Assembly (NCBI GenBank): GCA_964573695.1
Contig: CAZNKB010000005.1
Location: 46,012-110,011 of the forward strand
DNA from: an uncultured Gammaproteobacteria bacterium
GTDB lineage: Bacteria > Patescibacteriota > Microgenomatia > UBA10105 > UBA927
Reading direction: 5' to 3'
DNA: 64,000 nucleotides
Shown piece after piece: positions 18,734 through 27,768 of the stretch (position 1 is its first letter; every line of letters starts with the position of its first letter). The notes beneath the pieces were generated by a model. The model was not told where the DNA came from. It saw nothing but the letters and a program-made list of their open reading frames with translations, and did not search any database. A program made the translations under genes and the position numbers.

Positions 18734-19148
18734 TGTATGCCCCCGTTTTTGGAGAGATATAAAGGATTTGTATAAACATACAAAATTTCGCTACCTTCAA
18801 ACCACGCTTAATTTAGAACAGTTTGAGAGTTCAGATGATGAGATCAAGCTAAATTCAATACCTTATGTACATGCAATTTCGAATACAATTATTAATAAAT
18901 TGCCTGATAATCTTGATGATATTTCAGATCAATATGATCGTCAACATTTGTTACACCACGGTTGGGTAATTCGAAAAATGAGATACGCTCTTAATAATAA
19001 GGGAAAAAGTGATGGAGTCAGAATAATATTCTGCGTGAATAGTATACATATAATATACGTATATATTAATCAAAAAAATTTATGCGCGGATGAACGAAAG
19101 ATGGAAGCTGAATTCATGTCGAGAATTAATTCGTACCTCAATATTTAG
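18717..19148 (+). CDS. Putative RelE/ParE/HigB-like toxin with an N-terminal extension
   Basis: C-terminal HHGWVIRKMRYALNNKGKSDGVRIIFCVNSIHIIYVYI resembles an mRNA-interferase core (RiiY...v.il.I). Co-oriented with, and overlapping, the Panacea gene. Confidence 0.4.
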   Translation: MQPQVNVCPRFWRDIKDLYKHTKFRYLQTTLNLEQFESSDDEIKLNSIPYVHAISNTIINKLPDNLDDISDQYDRQHLLHHGWVIRKMRYALNNKGKSDGVRIIFCVNSIHIIYVYINQKNLCADERKMEAEFMSRINSYLNI

Positions 19149-19182
19149 TTGTTAATAGACTTCAAGAGTTATAATACCCCTT

Positions 19183-19995
19183 ATGCCTATCATTATTGCT
19201 ATAGTTGCTTACGCAATTTTATTCATCAGTGGCACTGCAGTCTCATACAACCTACCAAAACCCACTCCTGCTCCAACACTAATTTCATCACCTACAACAA
19301 TACAGCTACCGGTGACTCCCATCCACACAATAGCAGATCGTAAACTAAACAAAGTATTAAAAGTTATAGACGGTGACACAGTCAATGTTGAAATTGGGGG
19401 AAAAAGCCAGACAATACGGCTTATTGGTATAGATTCTCCCGAAACTGTTGATCCTAGAAAACCTGTGCAGTGCTTTGGTAAAGAAGCTTCAAATAAAGCA
19501 AAAGAGTTACTTACTGAGAAAAGTGTAAATCTTGAAGCTGATCCAACTCAGGGAGATAAAGACAAGTATGATCGGTTACTTCGATATATTTATTTAGAAA
19601 ATGGGATGAGTGTAAACAAATACATGATTAGTGAAGGGTATGCTCACGAATACACCTATCAAAATAATCCGTATAAATATCAGGCTGAATATATCAGAGC
19701 TGAACAATCGGCAAGAGAGGGTAAGAAAGGTTTATGGGCGGACAATGCGTGTCTCACACCCACGCCTACGATAAAACCTGCATCAGTGCAGATAATTTCT
19801 ACGATCAATCCTACTGTCGCAACGTATGTTCAGCCTGTGACGCAGCCAAATACAGGTAGTTATTCATGTAACTGTAGTAGAAACTGTGATGCAATAGCTT
19901 CTTGTGAAGAGGCATATTTTCAACTTAACCAATGTGGATGTTCAAAAAGAGATGGTGATAGCGATGGAGTGCCTTGTGAAAGTATTTGTAATTAA
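19183..19995 (+). CDS. Membrane-anchored secreted thermonuclease (SNase-like) with a C-terminal Excalibur calcium-binding domain
   Basis: N-terminal TM segment and Pro/Thr linker. SNase core (VIDGDTV...IRLIGIDSPE...RLLRYIY...GYA). Excalibur motif DGDSDGVPCE in a Cys-rich tail. Confidence 0.8.
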   Translation: MPIIIAIVAYAILFISGTAVSYNLPKPTPAPTLISSPTTIQLPVTPIHTIADRKLNKVLKVIDGDTVNVEIGGKSQTIRLIGIDSPETVDPRKPVQCFGKEASNKAKELLTEKSVNLEADPTQGDKDKYDRLLRYIYLENGMSVNKYMISEGYAHEYTYQNNPYKYQAEYIRAEQSAREGKKGLWADNACLTPTPTIKPASVQIISTINPTVATYVQPVTQPNTGSYSCNCSRNCDAIASCEEAYFQLNQCGCSKRDGDSDGVPCESICN

Positions 19996-20201
19996 GTGAA
20001 TAGATCCGCAAGCGTTACGCCCAATGCGTGAGCGATTTTATATGCAGTTTTAATTGAGATATTTCTTCCATTCTCAATATCCCAGAAATACGCTCTATGT
20101 AGCCCTGCTTTCTCAGCTAATTCTTCCTGAGTAATTCCTTTTTGGCGACGTAATTTCTCAATTTTCTCTCCAAATTTACGGTAAAGTGGATCGTAGTTCA
20201 T
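19992..20201 (-). CDS. XRE-family helix-turn-helix transcriptional regulator
   Basis: 69 aa with LRRQKGITQEELAEKAGLHRAYFWDIENGRNISIKTAYKIAHALGV. Confidence 0.85.
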   Translation of the reverse strand: MNYDPLYRKFGEKIEKLRRQKGITQEELAEKAGLHRAYFWDIENGRNISIKTAYKIAHALGVTLADLFT

Positions 20202-20305
20202 AGCTACATATCAGAGTAGCTACTTACCAGACATTTCTTTACCAGATATATCTAGCTTTTTTTATGGTTTGGGTTATACTTACGGTTAGTATAAAGATTT
20301 ATAAT

Positions 20306-21394
20306 ATGAAACGAAAAAGTGATAACAAATCTAAACCTTCAAACTCACGTATTTCAATTTGGGTAATTATAACTTGCATAATATTAGCAAGCATGTTAAT
20401 TGGAAAGTATTTATTCGATCAGATTCAACTTATTAGTCTTAATCGATCATTTCTACGGGCAACAAGTCTAATTACCTCCAGAAATTTCAAAGACCTATAT
20501 GATGAATTTGAGCCCACTACTGCTGCAGTAAAGATAAGTGAAGAAAAATATATTGCAAATTACGAACGCATGCAAATTCCGGCGAAAATTGAACGAATAA
20601 TTCATAAAACTTATTTAGCAGGAGACAACGGGGGTTATATTGACGCAACCTCCATTATATGTCTAATCGATACATGTCCTCCAAAATATAGATTTGAGAT
20701 ACGAAAAACATATATCATGCGAAAAATAAATAACAAGTGGAAATATTTAGGAGAAAATAACAGCCTAATTGCAACATGTGAAAGAAACAAACCCTTTATT
20801 ATTCCAACTGAATTCAGAAACAGTATTGATCTAATTGTTGAAAGATTAAATTCATCTAATACTGATTACAATGAAGTAAATTCACTCAACAAGACGAAAG
20901 CAAATGAAATTTTAAAATTTATAAACTGCCTTGATATTCAATATGCGGAAACTGATTCTTTGATAGATAACTCGGAGGGTGTATTTAACCTCATAGCTAA
21001 TCCATTTAATCAACGTTACTTAATAGAAGTTTCGCCAAGATATAAAAATTCGGACACATTAATAACATCGCTATTACTCAGGCATGAAATCGAGCACGCA
21101 CTGTCATTCTATAATTTTATGTCTGGAATGAATTTAGATAAGGCATATACAGAAGATAATTGTTATGGTGATGAAGCAAAAGCATTCTTATCTGGAATTC
21201 TATTTTTTGGTGCACTTAAAAATGAAGAAAGGAGCTGGTTAAAGTCAAAATATAATTCTTCTATTGAAATACAAGGATTTTTTGATACTTATAACGCCAT
21301 AAATGGTTATCCGGGCGAACATGTTGAAGATCAGGTGCTAAATTTTGTACGTAGTCAACCCGTTTATCAAGAGCAATGCATGGGTCGAAATTGA
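20306..21394 (+). CDS. Hypothetical membrane-anchored protein with an HExxH motif (possible metallopeptidase)
   Basis: N-terminal TM segment. LLLRHEIEHALSF zinc-binding-like motif. Divergent from the XRE gene. Start taken at MKRKSD (20306); the ORF track starts at 20264. Confidence 0.45.
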   Translation: MKRKSDNKSKPSNSRISIWVIITCIILASMLIGKYLFDQIQLISLNRSFLRATSLITSRNFKDLYDEFEPTTAAVKISEEKYIANYERMQIPAKIERIIHKTYLAGDNGGYIDATSIICLIDTCPPKYRFEIRKTYIMRKINNKWKYLGENNSLIATCERNKPFIIPTEFRNSIDLIVERLNSSNTDYNEVNSLNKTKANEILKFINCLDIQYAETDSLIDNSEGVFNLIANPFNQRYLIEVSPRYKNSDTLITSLLLRHEIEHALSFYNFMSGMNLDKAYTEDNCYGDEAKAFLSGILFFGALKNEERSWLKSKYNSSIEIQGFFDTYNAINGYPGEHVEDQVLNFVRSQPVYQEQCMGRN

Positions 21395-21527
21395 TCATTA
21401 GTATAACTTGAAGCAAGTATAACCCCTTCTTCAAATATTAGCTACATATAGGGGTATAGGTATATATATTCCGGTAGCACTTACCCCTAAAGTTATAGAA
21501 CCTGTCTGAAGTCGGTAAAATATAGGT

Positions 21528-21968
21528 ATGGATAGCCAACTATATACTCAAGATGTGAATCTCCGTCAACGAATGTTCCTACAATCCTACTTAGAGTCGG
21601 GAAATGCTACTAAAGCATATATGGAAGCATATAAAGTGTCTGAAAAACATCGTGCTACAGCCTCTGTATTGGCTTCTAGGCTTGTTAGAAAGGTTAAGGA
21701 TTCGTTCATACTTCTTCTTGAAAAAAATGGTTTAGATGACAAGGCTGTAATTGACGTATTAAAGGGTGCTTTGAGGGCGAATAGACAACAAGTCTATCAT
21801 AGTAAAGTGTACGAATTTCCAGATTATTATGCTCGTATGAAAGCAATAGAATTGTTGGCAAAACTAACAGGTCGCACATCGAAAGAGGATATATCAATGA
21901 ATCAAATGAATATACAGATTATTTCTGATAAAGAAAAGGGTGTATTTAAAATAATTTCAGATGACTAA
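21528..21968 (+). CDS. Phage terminase small subunit (Terminase_2-like)
   Basis: RQRMFLQSYLESGNATKAYMEAYKVSEKHRATASVLASRLVRK, an HTH-type TerS N-terminus. No large terminase or structural genes are nearby. Confidence 0.5.
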   Translation: MDSQLYTQDVNLRQRMFLQSYLESGNATKAYMEAYKVSEKHRATASVLASRLVRKVKDSFILLLEKNGLDDKAVIDVLKGALRANRQQVYHSKVYEFPDYYARMKAIELLAKLTGRTSKEDISMNQMNIQIISDKEKGVFKIISDD

Positions 21969-22010
21969 ATTTTGAATTAGAGCGCTATAATAGTATTTGT
22001 AAGCAAGGAG

Positions 22011-22409
22011 ATGAATATGAAAATGGATAAGCCACGACACTTTGTTGAGTTGATGGAAAAAATGGTTAAGAGAGATGAGGTTTTGCGATTAGGAGAAATT
22101 ACACAGAAGCGAATCAAGCACGTTTTGAAAAAGAAGACGTTTATATCATCGTTAATAAGTAAATTTCCTAAAAAGCAGAAGAAATTGCTATTGTCACTGG
22201 CTGACGGACATTCGAAAGATCGTAAGGAGCTAATGCGATTGGTAGGTACAACGAATCTAAAGAGTCTTGTGAGAGATACACGGCTGACAATTAAGAAGTT
22301 TGGTTATCGTCAATTATTAATTATCAAAGTAACGAAGGGGACAGGTTCGCTCCCAAAGTATTACTATTCATTAATAGCCACAATGGTAGCGCCTACCTCT
22401 GATAAGTAG
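22011..22409 (+). CDS. Hypothetical basic protein (island)
   Basis: 132-aa ORF. No domain recognised. Confidence 0.35.
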   Translation: MNMKMDKPRHFVELMEKMVKRDEVLRLGEITQKRIKHVLKKKTFISSLISKFPKKQKKLLLSLADGHSKDRKELMRLVGTTNLKSLVRDTRLTIKKFGYRQLLIIKVTKGTGSLPKYYYSLIATMVAPTSDK

Positions 22410-22569
22410 TCATAAATTTTATCAGCTTCAAAAACGCACCTCTAGTAACCAAATAACGCACTAGCAAAATAATTGACTCCAAAGTTTGCCTCAAAAACGC
22501 ACCGGTCTTTTTTGCTGGACTGAACGTTTGCGTTGTTAAATAGCTCTATAGATAAACAGAGATATTGAC

Positions 22570-22821
22570 ATGCATATGGACACACTACCAGTAAAGGATT
22601 TATCTTTAGCCTCATATTTAAGTGTTTGTGCTGATATTAGGCTACTAAGAACTGAAAGGAATAGCTCAGGGAGTGTAATTTTCCATTTTTCCCCATTAGA
22701 ACGATCCCAGCAATTAGTTTCGGATTATTGGTCCGATAAAGCTCCGTCAATCCAACCTAGAAGGCTTTTGAGTGCCTTGCGTGATCTTAAGGAGCTAATT
22801 TTTTCCGGAGGGAATTTATGA
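22570..22821 (+). CDS. Small phage-associated protein (DUF5659-like, tentative)
   Basis: Pattern DLSLASYLSVCADIRLLRTERNSSGSVIFHFSPLE...LKELI resembles DUF5659 proteins. Confidence 0.35.
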   Translation: MHMDTLPVKDLSLASYLSVCADIRLLRTERNSSGSVIFHFSPLERSQQLVSDYWSDKAPSIQPRRLLSALRDLKELIFSGGNL

Positions 22822-22974
22822 AAACTCCTGACGGTTTGAAAGTTAGGAAGCTGCTTTCGGTTAAATATGCGTTTGTCGATTACGAACAATTAGACCGTCA
22901 GAAGAGGCTAGACGACGCATTTGATGTGATATTTGATGAGATAGAAATTGATGATACAGAGCGTATCAACAATA

Positions 22975-23550
22975 AATATGAATATGAACAGCGCGCGTTT
23001 ATCAAAAGATGATGTAATCCGGCGGATTGAACAACTTGGAGGCACGTATGATCCTGAATCCGCACTACCACTAGAAGATCAGCTCATGATCTGTGAATCC
23101 CTAGTTCAATCAACGCCTGTAGACCCTAATGATGAAGATGGGAAAATCATACTAAAGTTAAAAGAAGAAGAGAACAAACGAAATGGTAGTGTTAATGGGA
23201 GTGTTAATGGTATAGGAAAACGACAAGAAAACGTAGACGAAACGAATAAGAAAAAACAAGCAATCATTGAATTAACGACATTTAATTACCGGACAAGCCC
23301 AAAGAAAATTGCATTACAACTTCAAATAGTGTTTTCAATGTATCCGAGCAAGGAGGGTCATTGGTTATATATTGCTCAGCACTATACCCCCAAATCCATT
23401 AATTGTGTTATTCATCAAATGACTAAAACGCACGTTGAAGGATGGCAAACGATAAAAAATCCTTCAAGCTACTTTACAGACGTGTTGAAGCAATATCATC
23501 CAATGAGGAAACATAAAAGAAGTGTGAGCAGGACTATTGACAAAATATGA
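22975..23550 (+). CDS. Hypothetical protein (island)
   Basis: ORF of about 190 aa with a GSVNGSVNG repeat. The start is uncertain (22948 or 22975). Confidence 0.35.
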   Translation, partial: NMNMNSARLSKDDVIRRIEQLGGTYDPESALPLEDQLMICESLVQSTPVDPNDEDGKIILKLKEEENKRNGSVNGSVNGIGKRQENVDETNKKKQAIIELTTFNYRTSPKKIALQLQIVFSMYPSKEGHWLYIAQHYTPKSINCVIHQMTKTHVEGWQTIKNPSSYFTDVLKQYHPMRKHKRSVSRTIDKI

Positions 23551-23571
23551 ATATGGGTATACTATGGACAT

Positions 23572-23994
23572 ATGAATAATATGACTAACTATATGACAAT
23601 TCAACAGGTTGCGAATGAACTTGGTGTTTCTACTAAAACTTTACGTAGATGGGATGAAAAGAAGCTTCTTATACCCGAAAGACAGGGTACTACAAATATA
23701 AGGTTATATCATACTTGGCTAGTGGGATATTGGAAGAAATATCTTGAGCTGGATAGAGCATTAAAAGCACATTTGGCTTTATTAGGGGAAGTTCGTAGAG
23801 AGCTGGAAAAATATATAGTTACGAAACCGTTGGGCACTGGACCAACAAAGATGTTTGACAGTAAAGCATTTATTGAAGCACATAAGGCAATGGAAACATG
23901 GGAAAAGGGTTTTGATCGCTTATGGCGAGAGTTAGCAGATTATCCTCCATTTATGCATCAAGCTAGGGGTAATTCTGAAGGAGAAGATCTATGA
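23572..23994 (+). CDS. MerR-family HTH protein (excisionase/recombination-directionality-factor candidate)
   Basis: MTIQQVANELGVSTKTLRRWDEKKLLIPER. Its stop overlaps the serine recombinase start (ATGA). Confidence 0.65.
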   Translation: MNNMTNYMTIQQVANELGVSTKTLRRWDEKKLLIPERQGTTNIRLYHTWLVGYWKKYLELDRALKAHLALLGEVRRELEKYIVTKPLGTGPTKMFDSKAFIEAHKAMETWEKGFDRLWRELADYPPFMHQARGNSEGEDL

Positions 23995-25604
23995 GGATAG
24001 CTCTCTATGCTCGTGTTTCGTCACAGCGTCAAGAAGTTGAAGAAACGATAGAAACTCAAATAATGGCAATTAAAGATTTCCTGAAGGTCAATAACCACGC
24101 TTTAGTACAAGAGTACAGGGATGATGGGTGGAGTGGCACAATTTTAGCCCGTCCCGCACTTGATCAGCTTCGCTTAGATGCTACAAAAAAGCTTTGGGAA
24201 GCAGTAGTGGTGTATGATCCTGATCGACTTTCTCGTAAGTACGCACATCAAGAACTTATACGTGATGAACTAGAAGGTCGTGGGATAAAAGTATTATTTG
24301 TTACAACTCCACCCGTGAGAGATGAAGGGGATAGGTTGTTATATGGAGTAAAAGGACTATTTGCCGAGTACGAACGGTCTAAGATTGCAGAACGATTTAG
24401 GTTAGGGAAGATTCGAAAGGCACGAGAGGGGCACGTAGTGACCTCACAAGCCCCGTATGGATATGCATATATACCAAAACAGGGTGAAATGCATGGATAT
24501 TTTGAACCAATATCAGAAGAAGCTCGAGTTGTACGAGACATCTTCGATTGGGTAGGTAATAAAGGGTTGACTATTCGAAAGGTTATAAAGAAATTACAGG
24601 AACAAAATATATCGCCTCGTAAAAGCAGGCGTGGAGTGTGGAATAATAGTACACTCACGACACTTCTTCGAAATGAAACGTATTACGGAAAAGCGCATTA
24701 CAACAAGACAATCGGAATAATTCCGACTAAACCTAAGAATACAGAGAAATATAAACGGATTGTTAAAAGTAGTAGGAAAAATAAGCCGGAATCAGATTGG
24801 ATATATATTGAGTGTAAACAGATTATTGAGAGAGAATTGTTCGATAGAGTACAAAAGCAGTTAAGGATAAATTTTGAACGGTGTGTTCGTAATAAAAAGA
24901 ATGAGTATTTGCTCGGTAATATTATCCGGTGTACGTGTGGGGCAACAAGAACAGGGGAAGGACCACAGCGTGGGAAGCACCTTTATTATCGTTGTTCGGG
25001 TAGGGTGAATCGGTATCCCATGCCCCCATCTTGTTTAGAAAAGGGTATAAATGCTCGAATAGCTGATGCGATGGTTTGGGATAGCGTGAAACGCCTTATG
25101 GTATCCCCGCAGTTACTTAGGAGACAGGTCGCTCGATATTTTGATCGTAAATCACAAGCTGTCGATCATTCTCTGGATATCGCATCGATACAGCAGGATA
25201 TATCGAAGTTAGATATTGAAGAAGAACGGTATACGAAAGCATATGGCAAGCAGGTCATTACGTTAGCTCAATTAACTTCGTATATTCAGGATATCCGGCT
25301 GAAACGTACGACACTAGAACAGAAACTAACCGAATATTCAAAAGAACAACGGCTTTTACCATTTGCCAAGCCCACGGATAAACAGATAGAATCATTCTGT
25401 CAAAAGGCAAAAGAGAAATTAGAATCTTGTGGCTACGAGCAGAAGAGACGAATAGTATTAAATGTTATAAACAATATCGTTGCAAGTGAAAAAGAGGTGC
25501 AAGTTTTCGGATTTCTACCGATAACTGAAGCTAATTATGTCAAGTTCTGGTCTGAAAGTCGGTATCGTAGGGCTACCCAACGCAGGCAAAAGCACGTTAT
25601 TTAA
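23991..25604 (+). CDS. Large serine recombinase/integrase
   Basis: Resolvase catalytic domain (MRIALYARVSSQRQ, nucleophile Ser), recombinase domain and a Cys-rich zinc-ribbon (CTCGATR...RCSGR). The 3' end overlaps ychF by 68 nt. Confidence 0.95.
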   Translation: MRIALYARVSSQRQEVEETIETQIMAIKDFLKVNNHALVQEYRDDGWSGTILARPALDQLRLDATKKLWEAVVVYDPDRLSRKYAHQELIRDELEGRGIKVLFVTTPPVRDEGDRLLYGVKGLFAEYERSKIAERFRLGKIRKAREGHVVTSQAPYGYAYIPKQGEMHGYFEPISEEARVVRDIFDWVGNKGLTIRKVIKKLQEQNISPRKSRRGVWNNSTLTTLLRNETYYGKAHYNKTIGIIPTKPKNTEKYKRIVKSSRKNKPESDWIYIECKQIIERELFDRVQKQLRINFERCVRNKKNEYLLGNIIRCTCGATRTGEGPQRGKHLYYRCSGRVNRYPMPPSCLEKGINARIADAMVWDSVKRLMVSPQLLRRQVARYFDRKSQAVDHSLDIASIQQDISKLDIEEERYTKAYGKQVITLAQLTSYIQDIRLKRTTLEQKLTEYSKEQRLLPFAKPTDKQIESFCQKAKEKLESCGYEQKRRIVLNVINNIVASEKEVQVFGFLPITEANYVKFWSESRYRRATQRRQKHVI

Positions 25605-26622
25605 CGCACTGCTCAAAAAGCAGGTAGCGTTTGCCGCGAATTACCCGTTTGCCACGATTGAACCCAACATCGGCGTGGTTCCTGTGCCGGATGACCGGCT
25701 GTTGAAGCTTGCAGAAATCACCAAAGCGGAAGATCACCTGGACGCATTACCGCCGCTCCGGCCTGCGACCGTCGAATTTGTGGATATTGCCGGACTTGTA
25801 AAGGGTGCGAGCGTTGGAGAAGGACTGGGGAATAAATTTTTGGCGCACATCCGCGAAGTTAATATTATCTGCCATGTGCTCCGGTTTTTTCCGGATTCCA
25901 ACATCGTCCACACCGAAGGAACTATCGATGCCGGCCGTGATCGTGAAATCGTTGAAACCGAGCTCATCCTTGCTGATTTGCAAACCCTCAACAAACAACT
26001 AGAACCCAAGATGAATGCGACCAAAGAGGATCGGCAGCGGTATGACCTGGTAGGGAAGCTAAAGTCTGCCATGAACGAGGGCAAACGCGCACTCGAGATT
26101 CTTACCGATCCGGAGGATCTTAATCTTATCCGGCCGCTTCAGCTATTGACGACCAAGCCGATCGTTTATGTTGCAAACGTTTCGGAGTCCCAACTAGGAA
26201 ACCCGCCACAGACGGACCTTAGCCCTATCGTGCGTATTTGTGCCCAAACCGAATCGGAACTCGCTGCCATGACTCCGGACGAACAGAAAGACTATCTAGC
26301 GTCACTGGGGGTTACATCATCGGGATTGGATCTGTTGATCCGTACAGCCTATCAGACGCTGGGTCTTATTTCGTTTTTGACGACGGGGGAGCTTGAGAGC
26401 CGCGCATGGACAATAGAAAAAGGTATGAAGGCACCACAAGCTTCCGGCGTGATCCATACGGACTTTGAAAAGAAGTTTATCAAAGCGGATGTGGTGGCCT
26501 TTGAAGATTTCGTTTCTTTGGGTGGTTGGAAAAAGTCCAGAGAAGCTGGAAAAGCCAGAAGTGAGGGAAAAGAATATGAAATGCAGGACGGTGACGTGGT
26601 AGAGTTTAAAATAGGCGCCTAA
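25537..26622 (+). CDS. ychF: Ribosome-binding ATPase YchF
   Basis: G1 motif GIVGLPNAGKSTLFNAL, then the YchF coiled-coil insert and TGS domain. Confidence 0.95.
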   Translation: MSSSGLKVGIVGLPNAGKSTLFNALLKKQVAFAANYPFATIEPNIGVVPVPDDRLLKLAEITKAEDHLDALPPLRPATVEFVDIAGLVKGASVGEGLGNKFLAHIREVNIICHVLRFFPDSNIVHTEGTIDAGRDREIVETELILADLQTLNKQLEPKMNATKEDRQRYDLVGKLKSAMNEGKRALEILTDPEDLNLIRPLQLLTTKPIVYVANVSESQLGNPPQTDLSPIVRICAQTESELAAMTPDEQKDYLASLGVTSSGLDLLIRTAYQTLGLISFLTTGELESRAWTIEKGMKAPQASGVIHTDFEKKFIKADVVAFEDFVSLGGWKKSREAGKARSEGKEYEMQDGDVVEFKIGA

Positions 26623-26699
26623 GGAGTAAATATGACAATAAGGGTAACCTCTAAACATCTCATTGAGAAGCGCGTGTGGTTTATGGTAAGATTCCTCCT

Positions 26700-26978
26700 A
26701 TGAGTACGTACGAACTAGTCGTTTTGGTCGCCCCGTCTGTGGATATGACCGAGACCAAAACACAAAAAGATTTGATCACCAAACTTGTTGGTGAGCGAGG
26801 TGCTATCAAGGAAGTGACTTCACTCGGCAAGAAATCCCTTGCGTATCCGATCAAGAAACAATCAGAAGCGACCTATCTCGTCGCAGTCATTGAAGGAACG
26901 GTCAAATCAGCCGAACTCGAAAACAAAGCAAAATTAATGGATGAAGTATTGCGTCAAATGTTGATTGTAAAAGAGTAA
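26700..26978 (+). CDS. rpsF: 30S ribosomal protein S6
   Basis: YELVVLVAPS...LAYPI pattern. Conserved rpsF-ssb-rpsR order. Start taken at MSTYELV (26700). Confidence 0.85.
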   Translation: MSTYELVVLVAPSVDMTETKTQKDLITKLVGERGAIKEVTSLGKKSLAYPIKKQSEATYLVAVIEGTVKSAELENKAKLMDEVLRQMLIVKE

Positions 26979-27004
26979 GTGATTGGATACTATTGGGGGA
27001 TGTT

Positions 27005-27505
27005 ATGTCCAGCAGAAGTTTAAATAAGGTGACACTGATCGGCAACCTGACCCGCGATCCCGAACTTCGGTATACGCCGACCGGGGCAGCAGTCTGTACG
27101 TTGGGAGTGGCGACAAACAGAACATGGGTGACCGACGCGGGAGAGAAAAAGGAAGAAACTGAATTTCATAGGGTTGTGGCATGGAATAAGTTGGCTGAAC
27201 TTTGCAGCCAGCTGCTTTCCAAGGGACGCAAGGTGTACGTTGAGGGCAGGTTGAGGACTTCTGCCTGGCAGGCCCAAGACGGCAGTCAGCGGACAAGTAC
27301 GGAGATCGTCATAGAAGACATGATCGTACTTGATTCGAAAAAGCCGGTAGGGGCAACAGGAGAAGAGGCGACGGCTGCGGAAGTGCCCAGCGTGACACCT
27401 GCTCCGGCCAAAAAAAAGAGTAGCAAAGGGGAGGCAAGCGAAGAAGAATCGCACCAAAGTAACGCTGTGTCAGAAAACGTCAACCCTGACGACATACCGT
27501 TCTAA
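27005..27505 (+). CDS. ssb: Single-stranded DNA-binding protein
   Basis: OB fold (LNKVTLIGNLTRDPELRYTPTGAAV...FHRVVAW) and the acidic C-terminal tail DDIPF. Confidence 0.9.
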   Translation: MSSRSLNKVTLIGNLTRDPELRYTPTGAAVCTLGVATNRTWVTDAGEKKEETEFHRVVAWNKLAELCSQLLSKGRKVYVEGRLRTSAWQAQDGSQRTSTEIVIEDMIVLDSKKPVGATGEEATAAEVPSVTPAPAKKKSSKGEASEEESHQSNAVSENVNPDDIPF

Positions 27506-27520
27506 TTTATTTATAAATTT

Positions 27521-27766
27521 ATGATGAAACGATCTGGAAAATTTATTCGAAAATTGCGTCCGGTACCGACGAATTGTCCGTTTTGCGCAGCAAAAAGCAA
27601 TCCGGATTACAAGGATGCGAGCATGCTCAGCAAATACCTGACGGAACGAGGCAAGCTCTTGGGGCGTGCCCGCACAGGCGTATGCGCGAAGCATCAACGC
27701 CGGGTAGAGCAAGCGGTGAAGCGTTCTCGGCTGATAGCGCTTCTTCCCTTTGTGGTGAGAGCATAA
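27521..27766 (+). CDS. rpsR: 30S ribosomal protein S18
   Basis: CPFC...PDYKD...[25 protein letters not shown]...[10 protein letters not shown]. Confidence 0.9.
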   Translation: MMKRSGKFIRKLRPVPTNCPFCAAKSNPDYKDASMLSKYLTERGKLLGRARTGVCAKHQRRVEQAVKRSRLIALLPFVVRA

Positions 27767-27768
27767 TA

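Larger units (their letters stand above)
17300..25540. mobile_element. About 8 kb AT-rich integrative element (phage-satellite/PICI-like or degraded prophage) inserted between e2b2 and ychF
   Basis: Visibly AT-rich against a host at roughly 50% GC. Cargo: TA pair, secreted nuclease, XRE regulator, HExxH protein, terminase small subunit, MerR excisionase-like gene and a terminal large serine recombinase. The boundaries are approximate. Confidence 0.55.

Noticed and set aside
27574-27768. Long N-terminal extension of the ctpA ORF overlapping rpsR
   Set aside because: The extension overlaps the well-supported rpsR gene in another frame. The CtpA signal/TM sequence begins at MKSLPF (27769), where the rpsR stop and the ATG overlap.
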